From Ophelia neglecta (taxonomy: Eukaryota): a DNA stretch of 64,000 nt. The translations under genes and the position numbers were made by a program. This document shows, piece after piece, positions 34,774-64,000 of this stretch. Below the pieces are notes generated by a model. That model saw only the letters and a list, made by a program, of their open reading frames with translations. It was not told the DNA's origin and ran no database searches. The first letter of the stretch is position 1; each line of letters begins with the position of its first letter. The stretch spans positions 76,942,001 through 77,006,000 of the forward strand of contig OZ260662.1 of the NCBI GenBank assembly GCA_965285935.1, given 5' to 3'.

Positions 34774-35684
34774 CCAATAGCATTGACCAGGGTTTTCTTT
34801 TGTAAGAATCTCGATCTTGTGAAAAATCTCTATGGCTGAGGATTCAAGTTTCAAGAATATTCCTTACCTATTCTTTCCTTGCATTTTCCCTATTTTGCCT
34901 GTCATGACAAAGATTTTTCTGCACATAACCACCCATGACCTGTTGCATCTTTTATTACCTTAAATCGTATGTCATTCCCTGTATATACCGTATACACATG
35001 TGAAGGATATAATCATGTAATTTTTCTCTTGTGCTAATAACAATATGAATGTCATTGCATTAATTTTTTTAATGCAATTACTGTTTGAAATTGATTGAAC
35101 ATGTTTACAAGTCACACATTTAAATTCTGGAGGGTAGTGTATGAAATTTGGTTAAGCCAATATGTAGTATTACTTTGTCATATCTTTTTCAATAATTTTA
35201 AGTGGTATTTATAGATGTTTTATAAATTTGTATGTTCCAATTTTATATGCATATACATTATACATATATTGGCAAACTATTGTCTGTGCGAAACAGCTGA
35301 TATTTACAATGGCAAAACTGTTTCTTTTGGGGGGTGCAAACACATATCTCTATATAGAGAGAGGGCTCTACCACAATTTATTAAAACAGATGGTTTTATA
35401 CCTACCTTTATATTTACCATATGTGATTTATGTATCATTTAAAGTGGTTGTAATTAGAATAATAAATGCACTTGTTTAAATTGATGAGTAATAACCTTCA
35501 TTCTTATCTAACGACTTTAATGAGTGTATTTAGGATACAAGAAGAACATGGTGGTTAGAAACACGATTTTTCGGGATAGATAATACATCGCCTCACCAGT
35601 TGACTACATTGGAATGCCAAGAAAGGAAAGAAAAAAGGTCCAGAATTTAAACATCCCCATTCCCTCTTCCCACACTCTCTAAAC

Positions 35685-35950
35685 CCATGGTTCCCAAACT
35701 ATGGGTAAATTACCCCCCTGGAGGTAAAGAGGCCCTTCCTGGGGGGTAACGAGGGCCCCGTTTTTCAACTTTTTATTTTTTTGCCGGCTGCATTGAACCG
35801 AACTTGCATTGTACCAAACTTTGTACCGAGCTTGCAATAAAATAGACAATTGTGAATGAAACATTTTGAAATTTGTTGTCAGGGGGTAATGATGAGACAC
35901 ATTCAGGATGATGTTTTGGGTAATGGTCTGAAAAAGTTTGGGAACCACTG
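35685..35950. mobile_element. hAT-type non-autonomous DNA transposon (MITE, 266 bp)
   Basis: 16-bp TIRs CCATGGTTCCCAAACT / AGTTTGGGAACCACTG (14/16 match), flanked by an exact 8-bp TSD CTCTAAAC (35677-35684 and 35951-35958). Confidence 0.88.
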
Positions 35951-36315
35951 CTCTAAACCCTCTCTGTGACCATGAATATTTATTACTAAAAGAGGTGCTA
36001 TTACATGTATGCTTAATATGCACCACAATGTAAATTGTCATCACATCTAAGTACATTGTTTGAGAGGCTGTAAGGGATATCCTCAACATGTACGAGTGGT
36101 TGACTCAACGGGTAGTATTAGTAAAAGGTTGAATCGACCAGTGTTCAAATAGCGTATTGTAATGGCAAAATTAAACGAGTTTTTAAAATAAGATGATATA
36201 TAATATATATAATCTTCAGGCTCCGTCCAATGTGATCAAGTCAAGTCAAAATATATTGTACAGTTAAATTTGTAAAAGCTATTTTTTCACTGTGAAAAGA
36301 GATTGGGATAATGTC

Positions 36316-36457
36316 CTCTTCATCATGATATGGGGCAATCATATGAACTAATAGTGATCCCTAACTCCTCCCCCTCTACCCCCCCCCCTCTCTTCATCAT
36401 GATATGGAGCAATTATATAACTAATAGTGATACTTAACTCCTCCCTCCCCCCCCCCT
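36316..36457. repeat. Two-copy ~72-bp tandem duplication ending in poly-C
   Basis: CTCTTCATCATGATATGG..CAAT..ATA..AACTAATAGTGAT..TAACTCCTCCC + C-run occurs twice in tandem. Confidence 0.8.
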
Positions 36458-38742
36458 CCGCCCACCAATTTGAACCCCCCTCTTTTTGGATGTGCCAGGT
36501 ATTGGAACTAGGACTTGTATTATGCAAGTCAGATATGCCTATTGCTCTGTTGTCTGGCCTCTCTGGTACTTTCCAGTGACAGGCTTTCTACCTGCTGGCA
36601 CCAAACTGGCAGCATGAGTCCTGAAACCACTGGAGATTTTAATGATTTAAGATGAGCAAAAAGACCAAACTTATGGGTAAGATAACAAATAATGATACTG
36701 GATAATGCAGATAAGTTTGTTGCATGAGTATGTTACTGTATAGGGCCTATATGGGAATACTATTTCAGGCTAAATTAAAAGATATCCTTGTCTCAAATCA
36801 AGGTGGCTATGGTCAAATAGTTGGCCAGCCATGTGCTACCCCTGAATGCATTTGACTGTACATACAATTCACTCGGAGCACATGAAAAAGGTAGCCGATG
36901 CATTTGAAAGGGGATGGAAAGGTGTATTTCCACATTCATTCAAATAGCTAAACATTTTTGCTAACAATTAACTTCTGCAAGTCCACTGGGATTTGGTCAA
37001 TGAGCATTTCTTAATTATAAAATGCATCTGTTCTAACATAATTTTTTTTTTGGGCCAAAGATTTCATAATTAGATTAAATGCAAGTTGCCCAGGTAGTTA
37101 AATGTTATTCTCAGCACTTTCTTTGCAAAATCGGTTGAGGAAAGCAATTTTTCTTTTAAATTCCTAAGTTTTAAAACTAATGTTTGGGCAAAGGGTATCC
37201 AAGAGAGCCTTTTTTCTATTTTAGGAAAAAAAAAGTAAGACCATCCTCCACCAACCCACAACCTTGAGCTACAAAATTGGGTTATGAAAAGCTGATATTT
37301 GTCTGCCATGCTACTTACACTCATCATCTGACTGTGGGCAGTCCTGCCAGTATGAAATAACAATGACTGGAGAAGTCAGAGCTGGTAAAGATTTTAGGAA
37401 AAATATTGGGTTTTCGCATCTGATAAAAAAAGTTAGTCTCTAAGGGTCAGGGCAAAAGGTTGGTTTTTAAGTAAAAACAAAAATGGTCTGTGTGTAGGCC
37501 TAAGTATTAAAAAAAAATCTGCTAGGGTCAACGGGAAATTGGTGTCAAGAGTTGGTATTATGTAGTGGGGATATCATGAAACAGTAAATCTTGGGGGCAC
37601 AAAGCTCTCAGGTTAAATTTTACACACAAATACATACTGTATTTTTCTGAGCCATTTTAAGAAAGTTTTTCAAACCCAAAACAGACATACAGAAATAGTA
37701 GTTTAGGGGTAAAAAAGGATAAAGTTGCATAACTACAATAAAAATGATTTGATCAGTTCAATTCATATATGGATTGATAGAGTTACCAGTAATCTCTAGT
37801 TAATAACAACTAGCATGCTTTTACACTTTAATTAATAACAACAAGGCATACTTTGGCAGTTTAGAAGTTTATTTGTTTATACTGATAAATCCATCAAGGT
37901 GTATATTTGCAGTATATCCATGCATTTCCAATAAATGTAAGGCTACACAGGTTTCAGGAGTGGTACAGCTTGTTTGTTAGCAATTAAATATCCTTCATTT
38001 TTGCCCACTCACTAAAGTGCTTAAAAAATGATGGACTTTCGAAATACCTGTAAATAGTGATGAACCTGGTTCTGGCTAGGTCATGGCATTATGAAATCAA
38101 TGTTCCAGAAGTCAATGTGATCTAAAACATAACTGTGAAGACCGCAGAACCTTTACTTGTACAAATTCTCTAGGCAAGAACACATACATTCTTAAGAGAT
38201 ACTCTCTCTAGGCCTTTTTTACAACCTTCAGTTTGTGAAACAACTTATGGTTCATTGTATACACAGCATGAATAAATACAAATGTACTCATAACGCATGT
38301 TTATGTGTGTAATGTATACAATTAAGTGACCATTCCATTTCTACCAAACTCTGTGTAAAGGCACAAGAACCAACTTTTCAATTTTCACTTCAACAAACAA
38401 TAATTTTGACTGTTTGTACTTGGTTGCATGTACATCAGAATGCAAGCAATATTTTAAAGCTTTATTTGATGGATGCAAAGTTTTATCCATCCCTTATCAG
38501 AGTGGTGTGAAACTGTTTGCAAATATAGAGAACATCTTTAACAAGTAAAATGGTTTGTAAGGCTACAGGTCAAAACATTATTATCTTAAATGGTATTTTT
38601 ATCAAAAAACTTCAAAATTATCAAAAGGGTACCTTTATGAGGTCTTTCTCTATCATAATGACACCCATTTTCAAAGCATTGCGGATCATACCCGCCCTAA
38701 AATATTGGAAGTCCCCATCCCACCCCCCACCCCCATGCCCGG

Positions 38743-38820
38743 GGAATGGGCAATTGGTGGTAACCAGACGACATGTATGAAATTTTGTTTCAACTTGTGT
38801 TACAACCGACTTACACAAGC
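38743..38820 (+). repeat. Dispersed repeat fragment, copy 1
   Basis: GAATGGG...CCAGACGACATGT...TTTCAACTTGTGTTACAACCGACTT, similar to ~58121-58195. Confidence 0.7.
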
Positions 38821-40427
38821 GCTCTTCCAGGGAGCTTCATAATTGTGCCACGTGCATGCACTTGGTTTGTGGAACAAAAATCACCATTATTATTAAAAGT
38901 TCATCTTAAGACTTACAGAATACAACAGAAGGAGGCAAAAATACTTGCCTTAGATATGATTATTTACTAGTAAGTTAATATAATATCATATATAATGTAA
39001 ATGTACAGTATGTGGTTTGTTGCAAAAACCATACTTATGAAGAACGATATAAAAACTAAACATTATGTGAATAACATGCACAGACATTTCCTGACCTTTG
39101 AGGGGGAGGAGGGAGGGCAGGGGCACTGTGGTTACTTTGCCCAGCGCTACTGGTGCCTGTTGGAATCAGTATCTACATGATCCCTAAATGCTGGACATTA
39201 TGGTGCCTATAATGTTTGTAGACAATGTGTATCCCTTTAACTGTAGACTTTTACAGACAGGCGAATTGGTCATTAAAATATGAATACTTCTTTACAAATC
39301 AGTTGTCACAATAATTAAAAAAGTTTCCAATATGATTCATTTTACCACCAAAATTTTGCATTGTTGGCTATTCTAATGTGCTCTAAGTCTCAATAAACTT
39401 TATTCTTATTTACTCAAAGCAAAAAATGCAATGGTAATGGTAGGGAGTGCCATGAGTGGGAATGATGCCAAAAAGGCTCGTTACAAATGTCTTCTGGGTC
39501 AGGAAAATGTGTGAATACATCTAAAATACAAGATATAGAATTGAAGTTAGCATCTCAAAAAGAACAATAAAAATGAATTGTACATGTTAATAAATGTCAG
39601 TAAAACAAAGGTCTACAAACCGAATAAAAAGATGGTACACGAGTATGTTTACAATTCTGAGTATCCAAGTAAGCACTCTTTTAGGTGCTTGGAGGCATTG
39701 ATGGCTGTCCGATGGTGGCGCTGATGGTACACTATGGTATGCTGTGCTTGCCAGTTTGTAGTAGGCCTATGCATATACATCTAGTACAAAAACATCTGTA
39801 GCCAATACGTAAATATATATTGAATAATGTTAATTATTTTATATGCCATTTAACCATGGCTAATTCATGACTTGGGGCATTGTTTTTGATGACAAAAAAA
39901 AGCAAACAAACTGCCAAAACGCAGCAGTCACAATTTGGAAACAATATGCAAATTTTCCAGTACAGACAGGTCAAATCAAGAAGGTCTTTGTGTGACACTC
40001 AGCAGTGTCTTAAATTTTAAAGCCGCTGTGTGATTTATGAAAGGACAACATATCGAAAGATTTTGAAATTAAAAGATGCACCTTGTTCTCGAAATAGGAG
40101 GGTTTGTGGCACTACCAGTGAAACACATCAACTTAACAAAGACGATCAATATTATAGGTGCATACTACTTGTTTGAGGTATCTTGGATACTGAGAATTAT
40201 TTTCATTTACAATTGTTTTTGGTGAAGATAATATCATATCAGTTTTAATTTAAATGGGCTAATGCTTTGAAACCTACAGAGTTAAAATAAATAGGACTGC
40301 AGGTAATTTGAAATGTTCTCCATTCCCTCTGGTTAATACAGTTAGCATTTTACATGTTTTTAACTGCAAACAAATAATAAGTTTATTTGTGGGATGGACT
40401 TTTCCATAATTTTTATCCTGCCAGTAT

Positions 40428-57151
<16,724 letters not shown>

Positions 57152-58120
57152 TTTGAACGTCCTTCACCTGTCGACCTTTCGCCTAACCCGGTAGCAATCG
57201 TATATTACTCTCAAACTCTAGCTGCTGACCATTCTAAATGATAGGGAGAAATGTCATCTGGGAGAAATTAAAAGGGATGATTAAAGTGAGCCTATCATAA
57301 TAATTGTATGAGTTACTATGATTAACATGTGTTTAGAAAAGTTTACAAAGTGAGCAAATATATACGTTCTTTCAGCCAGGAGAGTATATACCTCCCTGGC
57401 CTTGACCTAAGGTTCAAGTTGAGATGGCCATGGTCGTGTTCAAAGGGAGTTTGTTGCTATTTATGTTTACATATCCAGTGATTACTTCGGGATATAAACA
57501 TGTCATTCTAATGCACGGCGTTTTAGCTAGCCCCAGTGAATATGACGAGCTATTGGGATGGATAAACAAGGTATTGTAGCATTTATCCACTGGAATATCG
57601 GTCAAGATAGTACCAGGTCGGGGAGATGCTAGTTGGGGAGTGTTCACGCAGGCTATGTTGTGGGACTTTTCAAGATTTATGAGACTTTTCTTAGTCTTAC
57701 AAAACTTGGACCCCAAATCAACTTTTTCCCCTATTTGAAAGTCTTACAAACCTTTCTATCATCAAGTCTCACAAAATTTTGTCCATCAATATGGACACAT
57801 GTGTCCAAATATGATTGGATTCTGCTAGCTGGTAGTGCCCCCTACAGCATCATTTAACTTTCAGTACTGTGATGTCATCAAAAAAGTGTTACATTTTTGA
57901 TACATTGAAACAAGCCCAGTCTGGGTACAAGTTGGACCCAGACATAGGGATTTTACCCTAGGCCCAAAAAAAATATGGTGCCGTATCTTTAATAAGTACA
58001 AGAAATGAACCATTTTCAGACAGATAGGCTAGAACAGGTAAATGTGTCTGATTATATCATTAAATCGCATAAACCACCCTTCCTTTATTCATAATTGATG
58101 AAAATGCGATTTCCAAGCCT

Positions 58121-58195
58121 GAATGGGAATTTGGTTGTAGCCAGACGGCATGTGTTAAAATGTATTTCAACTTATGTTACAACCGACTTGCACGC
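58121..58195 (+). repeat. Dispersed repeat fragment, copy 2
   Basis: GAATGGG...CCAGACGGCATGT...TTTCAACTTATGTTACAACCGACTT, similar to ~38743-38820. Confidence 0.7.
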
Positions 58196-58724
58196 CCTAT
58201 CAGCTTCTTGGCCAAGGTCAATGACAATCACACCTCCTTTTCAACAAATAAGGGCCATCCTAACCGCTAACATCAAGCAGGCATACTTTAGAATTAATTG
58301 CATTTGGTAAACAGTGTCAGAAATTCATGTCATGAAAAAGTTTTATTGGCACGTGCCTTGATATTATCAATTTTGTCAGCCTTGTTCTAACTATAAGGTA
58401 CAATTCTTGCATTTAATACATTTTCTCTGTAAAAAGTGCTCATGGTCTATAAGCAAAGACCCCCTTTTTATCCAGTTAAGTTTGACATAGATGTGTGGAT
58501 AGAAATGCCTATACCTATAATTGATTGGTTTAATGTAAAATAAATCAAATTTAGTATGTGAAAAGCCATAAGTATGCTTCATTTAATCAAACTTTGTACA
58601 AAGTGGAAGCTGTTAACAGATAATAACCATGCATGGCTTAGAAAAATACCAAGTCAAAAGGTACTGTTGCTTATAAACACCATGTGCTCGCAAGTGTTCT
58701 TTTTTCACTGTATCGTTACACCCC

Positions 58725-59130
58725 TAGGGACTACCACATTTTATGAGACTTTTCTTGGACATATTTTGTTGGACTAGCAACCTGGGTGTGGTTTATAAGA
58801 CTTTGTCCTAGACACATTTTGTGGGACTAGCATCTTGGAGACTTGGACATGGTTTATAAGACTTTGTCCTGGATACATATTGTGGGACTAGTGTTTTGGA
58901 CATGGTTAATGAGACTGTCCTAGACACATTTTGTGGGACTAGTATTTTGGACATGGTTTATGAGAGTTTGTTCTGGTCACATTTTGTTCAACTAGCATGT
59001 TAGACATGCTTTATGAGACTTTGTATTGAACACGTTTTGTGGGACTAGTGTTATAGACATGGTCTATGAGACTTTCTTTATAGGACTTATACTTACACAA
59101 ATCATGTAAACATTTTTTTGGGACTAGTGT
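58725..59130 (+). repeat. ~53-54 bp satellite/minisatellite array, left block
   Basis: Tandem TTATGAGACTTTGTCCTGGACACATTTTGTGGGACTAGTGTTTTGGACATGGT-like units. Confidence 0.9.
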
Positions 59131-62100
59131 CATAGTACCTCTGCAATTTTCAAACAAATCAAAATTAATGAGATCAGCTCCCAGTGACACACCCCCGTCA
59201 ATCAAAAAAGCCCATCCATCTGTCTCTCCCCATATTTTGGACGACTGCCCCTCCCGGAGTAGACGCTATATAGGCCCTTGCCAGAGACATCATTCTCAGG
59301 TGTGATACAAACTTGAAATGTATAAATAATGATACCACTTTCCAAAATGTTTACTTATACAAATGGCATATGAAGGAATATGACCAAGGGAAAAAGGAAG
59401 AATAGGACCCCACAGAAGGCAGGAAAAAAGGACAGCCCTGAAAATAAGCGAGCCAAATTGGGGGTTGGCAAACCAGCCCAAGACTTGGAAGCGGAGTCAG
59501 CCAAGAGTGACGACGATATGGATGACACCAATGTAAGTCAAAGCCTTCAACCCATGTCAGTACCAAATACCCCCGAAATACTCGACCCCCTCGATAACGA
59601 CTCCGCTGATGATAGAACCATACTTCTGGCAGTTTTAAATCAGATACAGTTGATGCATAAGGGAATGAGCCAGTTGAATGATTGTCATGACTTGATAGAA
59701 AAGAAACTGAACTCGCTAGTCGAAAGTACCAAGAAAAATCAAACTTCTATTAGGGAATTGAAAGCCTCAGTCAATTTGTCCAAAACAAAGTTCGAAGTTG
59801 TTGATAAGAAGGTGGCTGACTTGGAAAAAGATTTTGATGGGAAAACTGTTCTTATTGATCAGCTTAAAGAACGTGTAGATAAATTGAATGCCAATAAGTC
59901 TTCATCTGAAAATGCATTGATAATACGAAGCCTGCCTAGGCATACAGAAATGCCAGGTACGACCATGCAGAACGACAAAGATCGGCTTCTGTTTCAAATC
60001 ACTGACCTGCTTCGTTCTCTTGACGTAATAGGTGATATAACAGAGGTGAATGCACTGAGTAAGAATGGCAACATGGCTCGCGTTCGTCTGTCGTCCGCGG
60101 AGGCATCGATACCTGATAGGGACAACTTTACATATGTATCTCGTTTGGTTGCTCAGTGGTGGACTATATGTGTGCTCCTTTTGAACATTTACACTTTTTT
60201 TTTTAACTTTGAAGTAAGGCTGGTCTCTAGTATTGTTGCAGCGAATTCCATTTCTCCTTCCGTGAGCAGTCAAATGTCCGATTAATCAGTTTTGTCTTGT
60301 GAGTTTCTCTAACCATTTAATTTTGTTAGTATGGATGAAGAACCTAGAAGGAATACAGCCAGAGAAAATCCAAATCGGCAACAGGGCATTAAAAGGAAAA
60401 TTGAAACAAGAAGAAAATACAACATTCCAAATTTGACAGGGACTGAATTCTGCAGTGACATGTTATTAACTCAATAAATAGACTAGAATGACTACATGAT
60501 TCATAGGAGAAAAGAGACGATGTGTAAAATGATCTGGTCACTGTGACTCATATGCACATGGACTCCTGTATTCCATTCAAAGATATACGGGACAACAGAC
60601 TAAACAAATGCCTGCGTAGACATGGAAAACCGTGATGGAATGAACAATTGAATGCCCTTTGGGGAGAGGCTTGTGCTACAGAAAATATCTAGAACATAAG
60701 GGTTCTAATAGGACATGACGTCAGTTAAAATTGTCTTTCAATGAGGCGAGGCCCCACTTTGACAGAACATACAGAAGGCTGAAGAGGCAATACAATGACA
60801 GCAAACAACAGGAAACAATTTATAACTTTCACTCAAACCTAAGGCAATTTTGGGATGAACTCCGCAAGCTAGGCCCGCACAATAAACAGAACATCCCAAA
60901 GTAGGTGTATGGAACGAACGGTGAGATAATAACTGAAGTGGACCGTGTCCTACAAACGTGGGAAATTGAATATAAATCGCTCTTCTCCGGCGAAACAGCA
61001 CACAGTTTTAACGACACTTTCTTGGCAAAAATCCAAAGTCTGCGTGACAAATGGGAAAAGGATTATACTAAAATTGCAGAGAACGACGAATTCCTATACG
61101 TTGGAGGCACTGGAGAAAGTTTTGCCCCGCTTAATGCGGATATAACCTATGAGGAAACTCGCACAGCTTTATCAATGGCTATAAATAGGAAGGCTGTAGG
61201 GGTTGATAATTTACCGAACAAAGTTTTGAAACCCCGCTATTGTGCAACGCTCTTCATAAGCTGTTCTGTATTATATTTGATACCGGATTAGTCCCTGAGG
61301 TTTGGAAGAGAACCATTATTAAGCCAATACCTAAGCCCGGTAAAGATTATAGGATCCCAGGGAACTCTAGACCTATAAGCCTTATCTCAATGGCCGCCAA
61401 ACTTTTCTCTTGCATTCTGAACAAGCGGTTATCAGACTCAACCTCTTACGGGATGAACAAAATGGATTCCGAGAAATGCGCTCCTGTCTGGACCATCTGT
61501 ACTCACTGGTTACACTAATACGGAATAGAAAGCAGTGAGGAAAAGATACTTTCACTTGTTTTGTTGATTTCTCTCAAGCCTTCAACTGTATCAACCAATT
61601 TCGTCTGTTACAATTCGGTGTGACTGGTAAACTGTTTCGTGTGATAAAGAATATGTACACGGGTCTTGTCAATGCAGTATATTTGAACAGTTTTCTCACA
61701 AATTGGTTTGATTCATGTATAGGAGTAAGGCAGGGAGATGTATTGGCTCCGATTCTTTTGGGCTATTTCTTGACAATATTATCACTCAAATTAGAGGGGT
61801 CGGGCTAGGTGCTGGCATTGATGGATATTTGATATCTATATTATGCTATGCAGATGACATGGTTCTCTGCAAGACATGCAGAAACTGTTGGATGTTCTTA
61901 AGGGCTGGTGTGATTGGTGGAGAATGAGTATTAACCCCTTGAAAACTAATATTATGCACTTTCAGAAACTATCGGCTCCACAAAGTGTCTTTGATTTTAC
62001 TATAGGAGAGACCAGAAAAAAAAAGACTAAATATACATTTCGCAGTGAACATGACGGATAGCGTCGATACCCTTGCCAGGGCTGGAAGAAGAGCCCTCAC

Positions 62101-62545
62101 ATCAAAATTCTATGCACTGACATGTAATTTAACTTAAGAGAGCTTCTCTCACGTGTACAATGGTACTGTCATCCAAGTTATTGACTATGCTGCAGCGGTC
62201 TGGGGGACCACAACATGCCCAAAATGTGAAACTTTTCAGAATCAGGCCATTCGAATCTTTCGTGGGGTCAGTAAATGTGCTCCGGTTGCTGCTCTTTATC
62301 ATGACTTGAATTGGACAACACCTTATATAATACACCGTGTTGAGACTGTACGCCTGTGGTTAAGATTGTGTTCTTTGCCGGAGAATAGATTGACCCGGGA
62401 GATTTTTCAACGAGACAGGTTAATTGAATGTCATTTGTTTATCACTAGTTACCAATAACGAACAAATGATATTAAACTATTGTCCCTCGCCACAGACATT
62501 TTACGGTAACGCACAAATGAAATCACATACTCTACTTAACTTAAG
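59131..62545 (+). mobile_element. Decayed APE-type non-LTR retrotransposon (LINE; clade uncertain) with an internal deletion
   Basis: Basic/coiled-coil ORF1 from 59380. Endonuclease tail (FTYVS, GCSVVDYM, SD*S). RT fragments KAVGVDNLP, WKRTIIKPIPK, RPISL, EQNGFR, FVDFSQAF, GVRQGD, YADD and DYAAAVWG, broken by stops and frameshifts. Boundaries approximate. Confidence 0.9.
60905..62458 (+). pseudogene. Frameshifted LINE ORF2 reverse transcriptase remnant
   Basis: Successive RT motifs are spread across ORF-track fragments 60905-61291, 61240-61518, 61620-61808, 61715-61927, 61876-62061 and 62153-62458. Confidence 0.88.
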
Positions 62546-62563
62546 TCTCATAAAACATGTCCA

Positions 62564-64000
62564 TTTTGGACATGGTTTATGAGAATTGTACTTGACACCA
62601 TTTGTGGGACTACCTTGTTGGACATGTTATATGAGACCTTGTCCTGCTGTGAACATATTTTATGGGATTACTGTTTTGGACATGGTTTATAAGACTTTGT
62701 TCTGGACACATTTTGTGAGACTAGCATATTAGACACAGTTTATGAGACTTTGTCCAGGGCACATTTGTAAGACTAGTGTTTTGGACAATGTTATGAGACT
62801 ATGTCCTGGACCCATTGTGTGGGACCAGCATGCTGGACATGTTTTATGAGAAATTGTCCTCGACACATTTTGTGGGACTAGCATGTTGGACATGATTTAT
62901 GAGAATTTGTCCTGCTGCGTGCACATTTTGTGGGACTAGTGTTTTGGATATGTTTTCTAAGACTTTGTCCTGGTCACATTTTGTGGGACTAGCATTTTGG
63001 ACATGGTTAATGAGACTTTGTTCTGGACACATGTTTTGGAACTATTGTGTTGAACATGTTTTATGAGACTTCGTCCTGCGGTGAACACATTTTGTGGGAC
63101 TAATGATTTGCACATGGCTTATGAGACTTTGTTCTGGACTCATTTTGTGAGATTAGCAAATTAGACACAGTTTAAGCGATTTTGTCCAGAGCACATTTAC
63201 GGGACTAGTGTTTTGGACACTGTTTATGAGACTTTGTACTTAACACCTTTTGTGGGACTACCTTGTTAGACATGTTATATGAGACTTTAGCCTGCTGTGA
63301 ACCCATTTTATTGGACTAGTGTTTTGGTCGTGGTTTATGAGACTTTGTTTTTTTGGACACATTTTGTGAGACTAGCATATAAGATACAGTTTATGAGACT
63401 TTGTCCAGAGCACATTTGTGGGACTAGTGTTTTGGACACTGTTTATGAGACTTTGTACTTAACACCTTTTGTGGGACTACCTTGTTGGACATGTTATATG
63501 AGACTTTGTCCTGCCGTGAACACATTTTATGGGACTTGTGTTTTGGACATAGTTTATAAGACTTTGTTCTGGACACATTTTGTGAGACTAGCATATTAGA
63601 CACAGTTTATGAGACTTTGCCAGGGCACATTTGTAAGACTAGTGTTTTGGACCTGGTTTATGAGACTTTGTTTTTCTGGACACATTTTGTGAGACTAGCA
63701 TATAAGATACAGTTTATGAGACTTTGTCCAGAGCACATTTGTGGGACTAGTGTTTTGGACACTGGTTGTGAGACTTTGTACTTAACACCTTTTGTGGGAC
63801 TACCTTGTTGGACATGTTATATGAGACTTTGTCCTGCCGTGAACACATTTTATGGGACTTGTGTTTTGGACATAGTTTATAAGACTTTGTTCTGGACACA
63901 TGTTGTGAGACTAGCATATTAGACACAGTTTATGAGACTTTGCCAGGGCACATTTGTAAGACTAGTGTTTTGGACCTGGTTTATGAGACTTTGTTTTTCT
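62564..64000 (+). repeat. ~54 bp satellite array with 323-bp higher-order repeat; runs off the window
   Basis: Same unit as 58725-59130. Variant words recur at 323-bp spacing (AAGATACAG 63381/63704; GCCAGGGCA 63619/63942; AACACC 63461/63784). Confidence 0.93.

Noticed and set aside
62564-64000. CRISPR-like array, and the repetitive ORFs 63297-63599 and 63617-63922
   Set aside because: Units are contiguous tandem repeats with no unique spacers, there are no cas genes, and the context is eukaryotic. The ORFs are translations of the satellite.

Overview
AT-rich, intron-rich animal (probably marine invertebrate) genomic DNA; not prokaryotic. From splice sites and protein-family recognition I reconstruct six genes. 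(1) The 3' part of FIRRM/C1orf112 (+, 66-7458). (2) An intronless FoxQ2-type forkhead gene (+, 845-1876), nested on the SAME strand inside a FIRRM intron. (3) ZMYND19 (-, 9804-20052). (4) WDR31 (-, 25116-29257). (5) A spinster-like MFS transporter (+, 30209-34773), head-to-head with WDR31. (6) PHYHD1 (-, 40428-57151), whose probable GC-AG first intron holds an intact, very young BEL/Pao LTR retrotransposon (49104-56141) and a MITE. The right end has a ~54-bp satellite with a 323-bp higher-order repeat, split by a decayed, internally deleted LINE. Best leads: the nested Fox gene with two DSGxxS degrons, structured RNA candidates just inside the first introns of WDR31 and ZMYND19, and the sense-oriented LTR element in PHYHD1. 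Family assignments come from remembered sequences and all coordinates were read by hand; no searches or folding programs were run.
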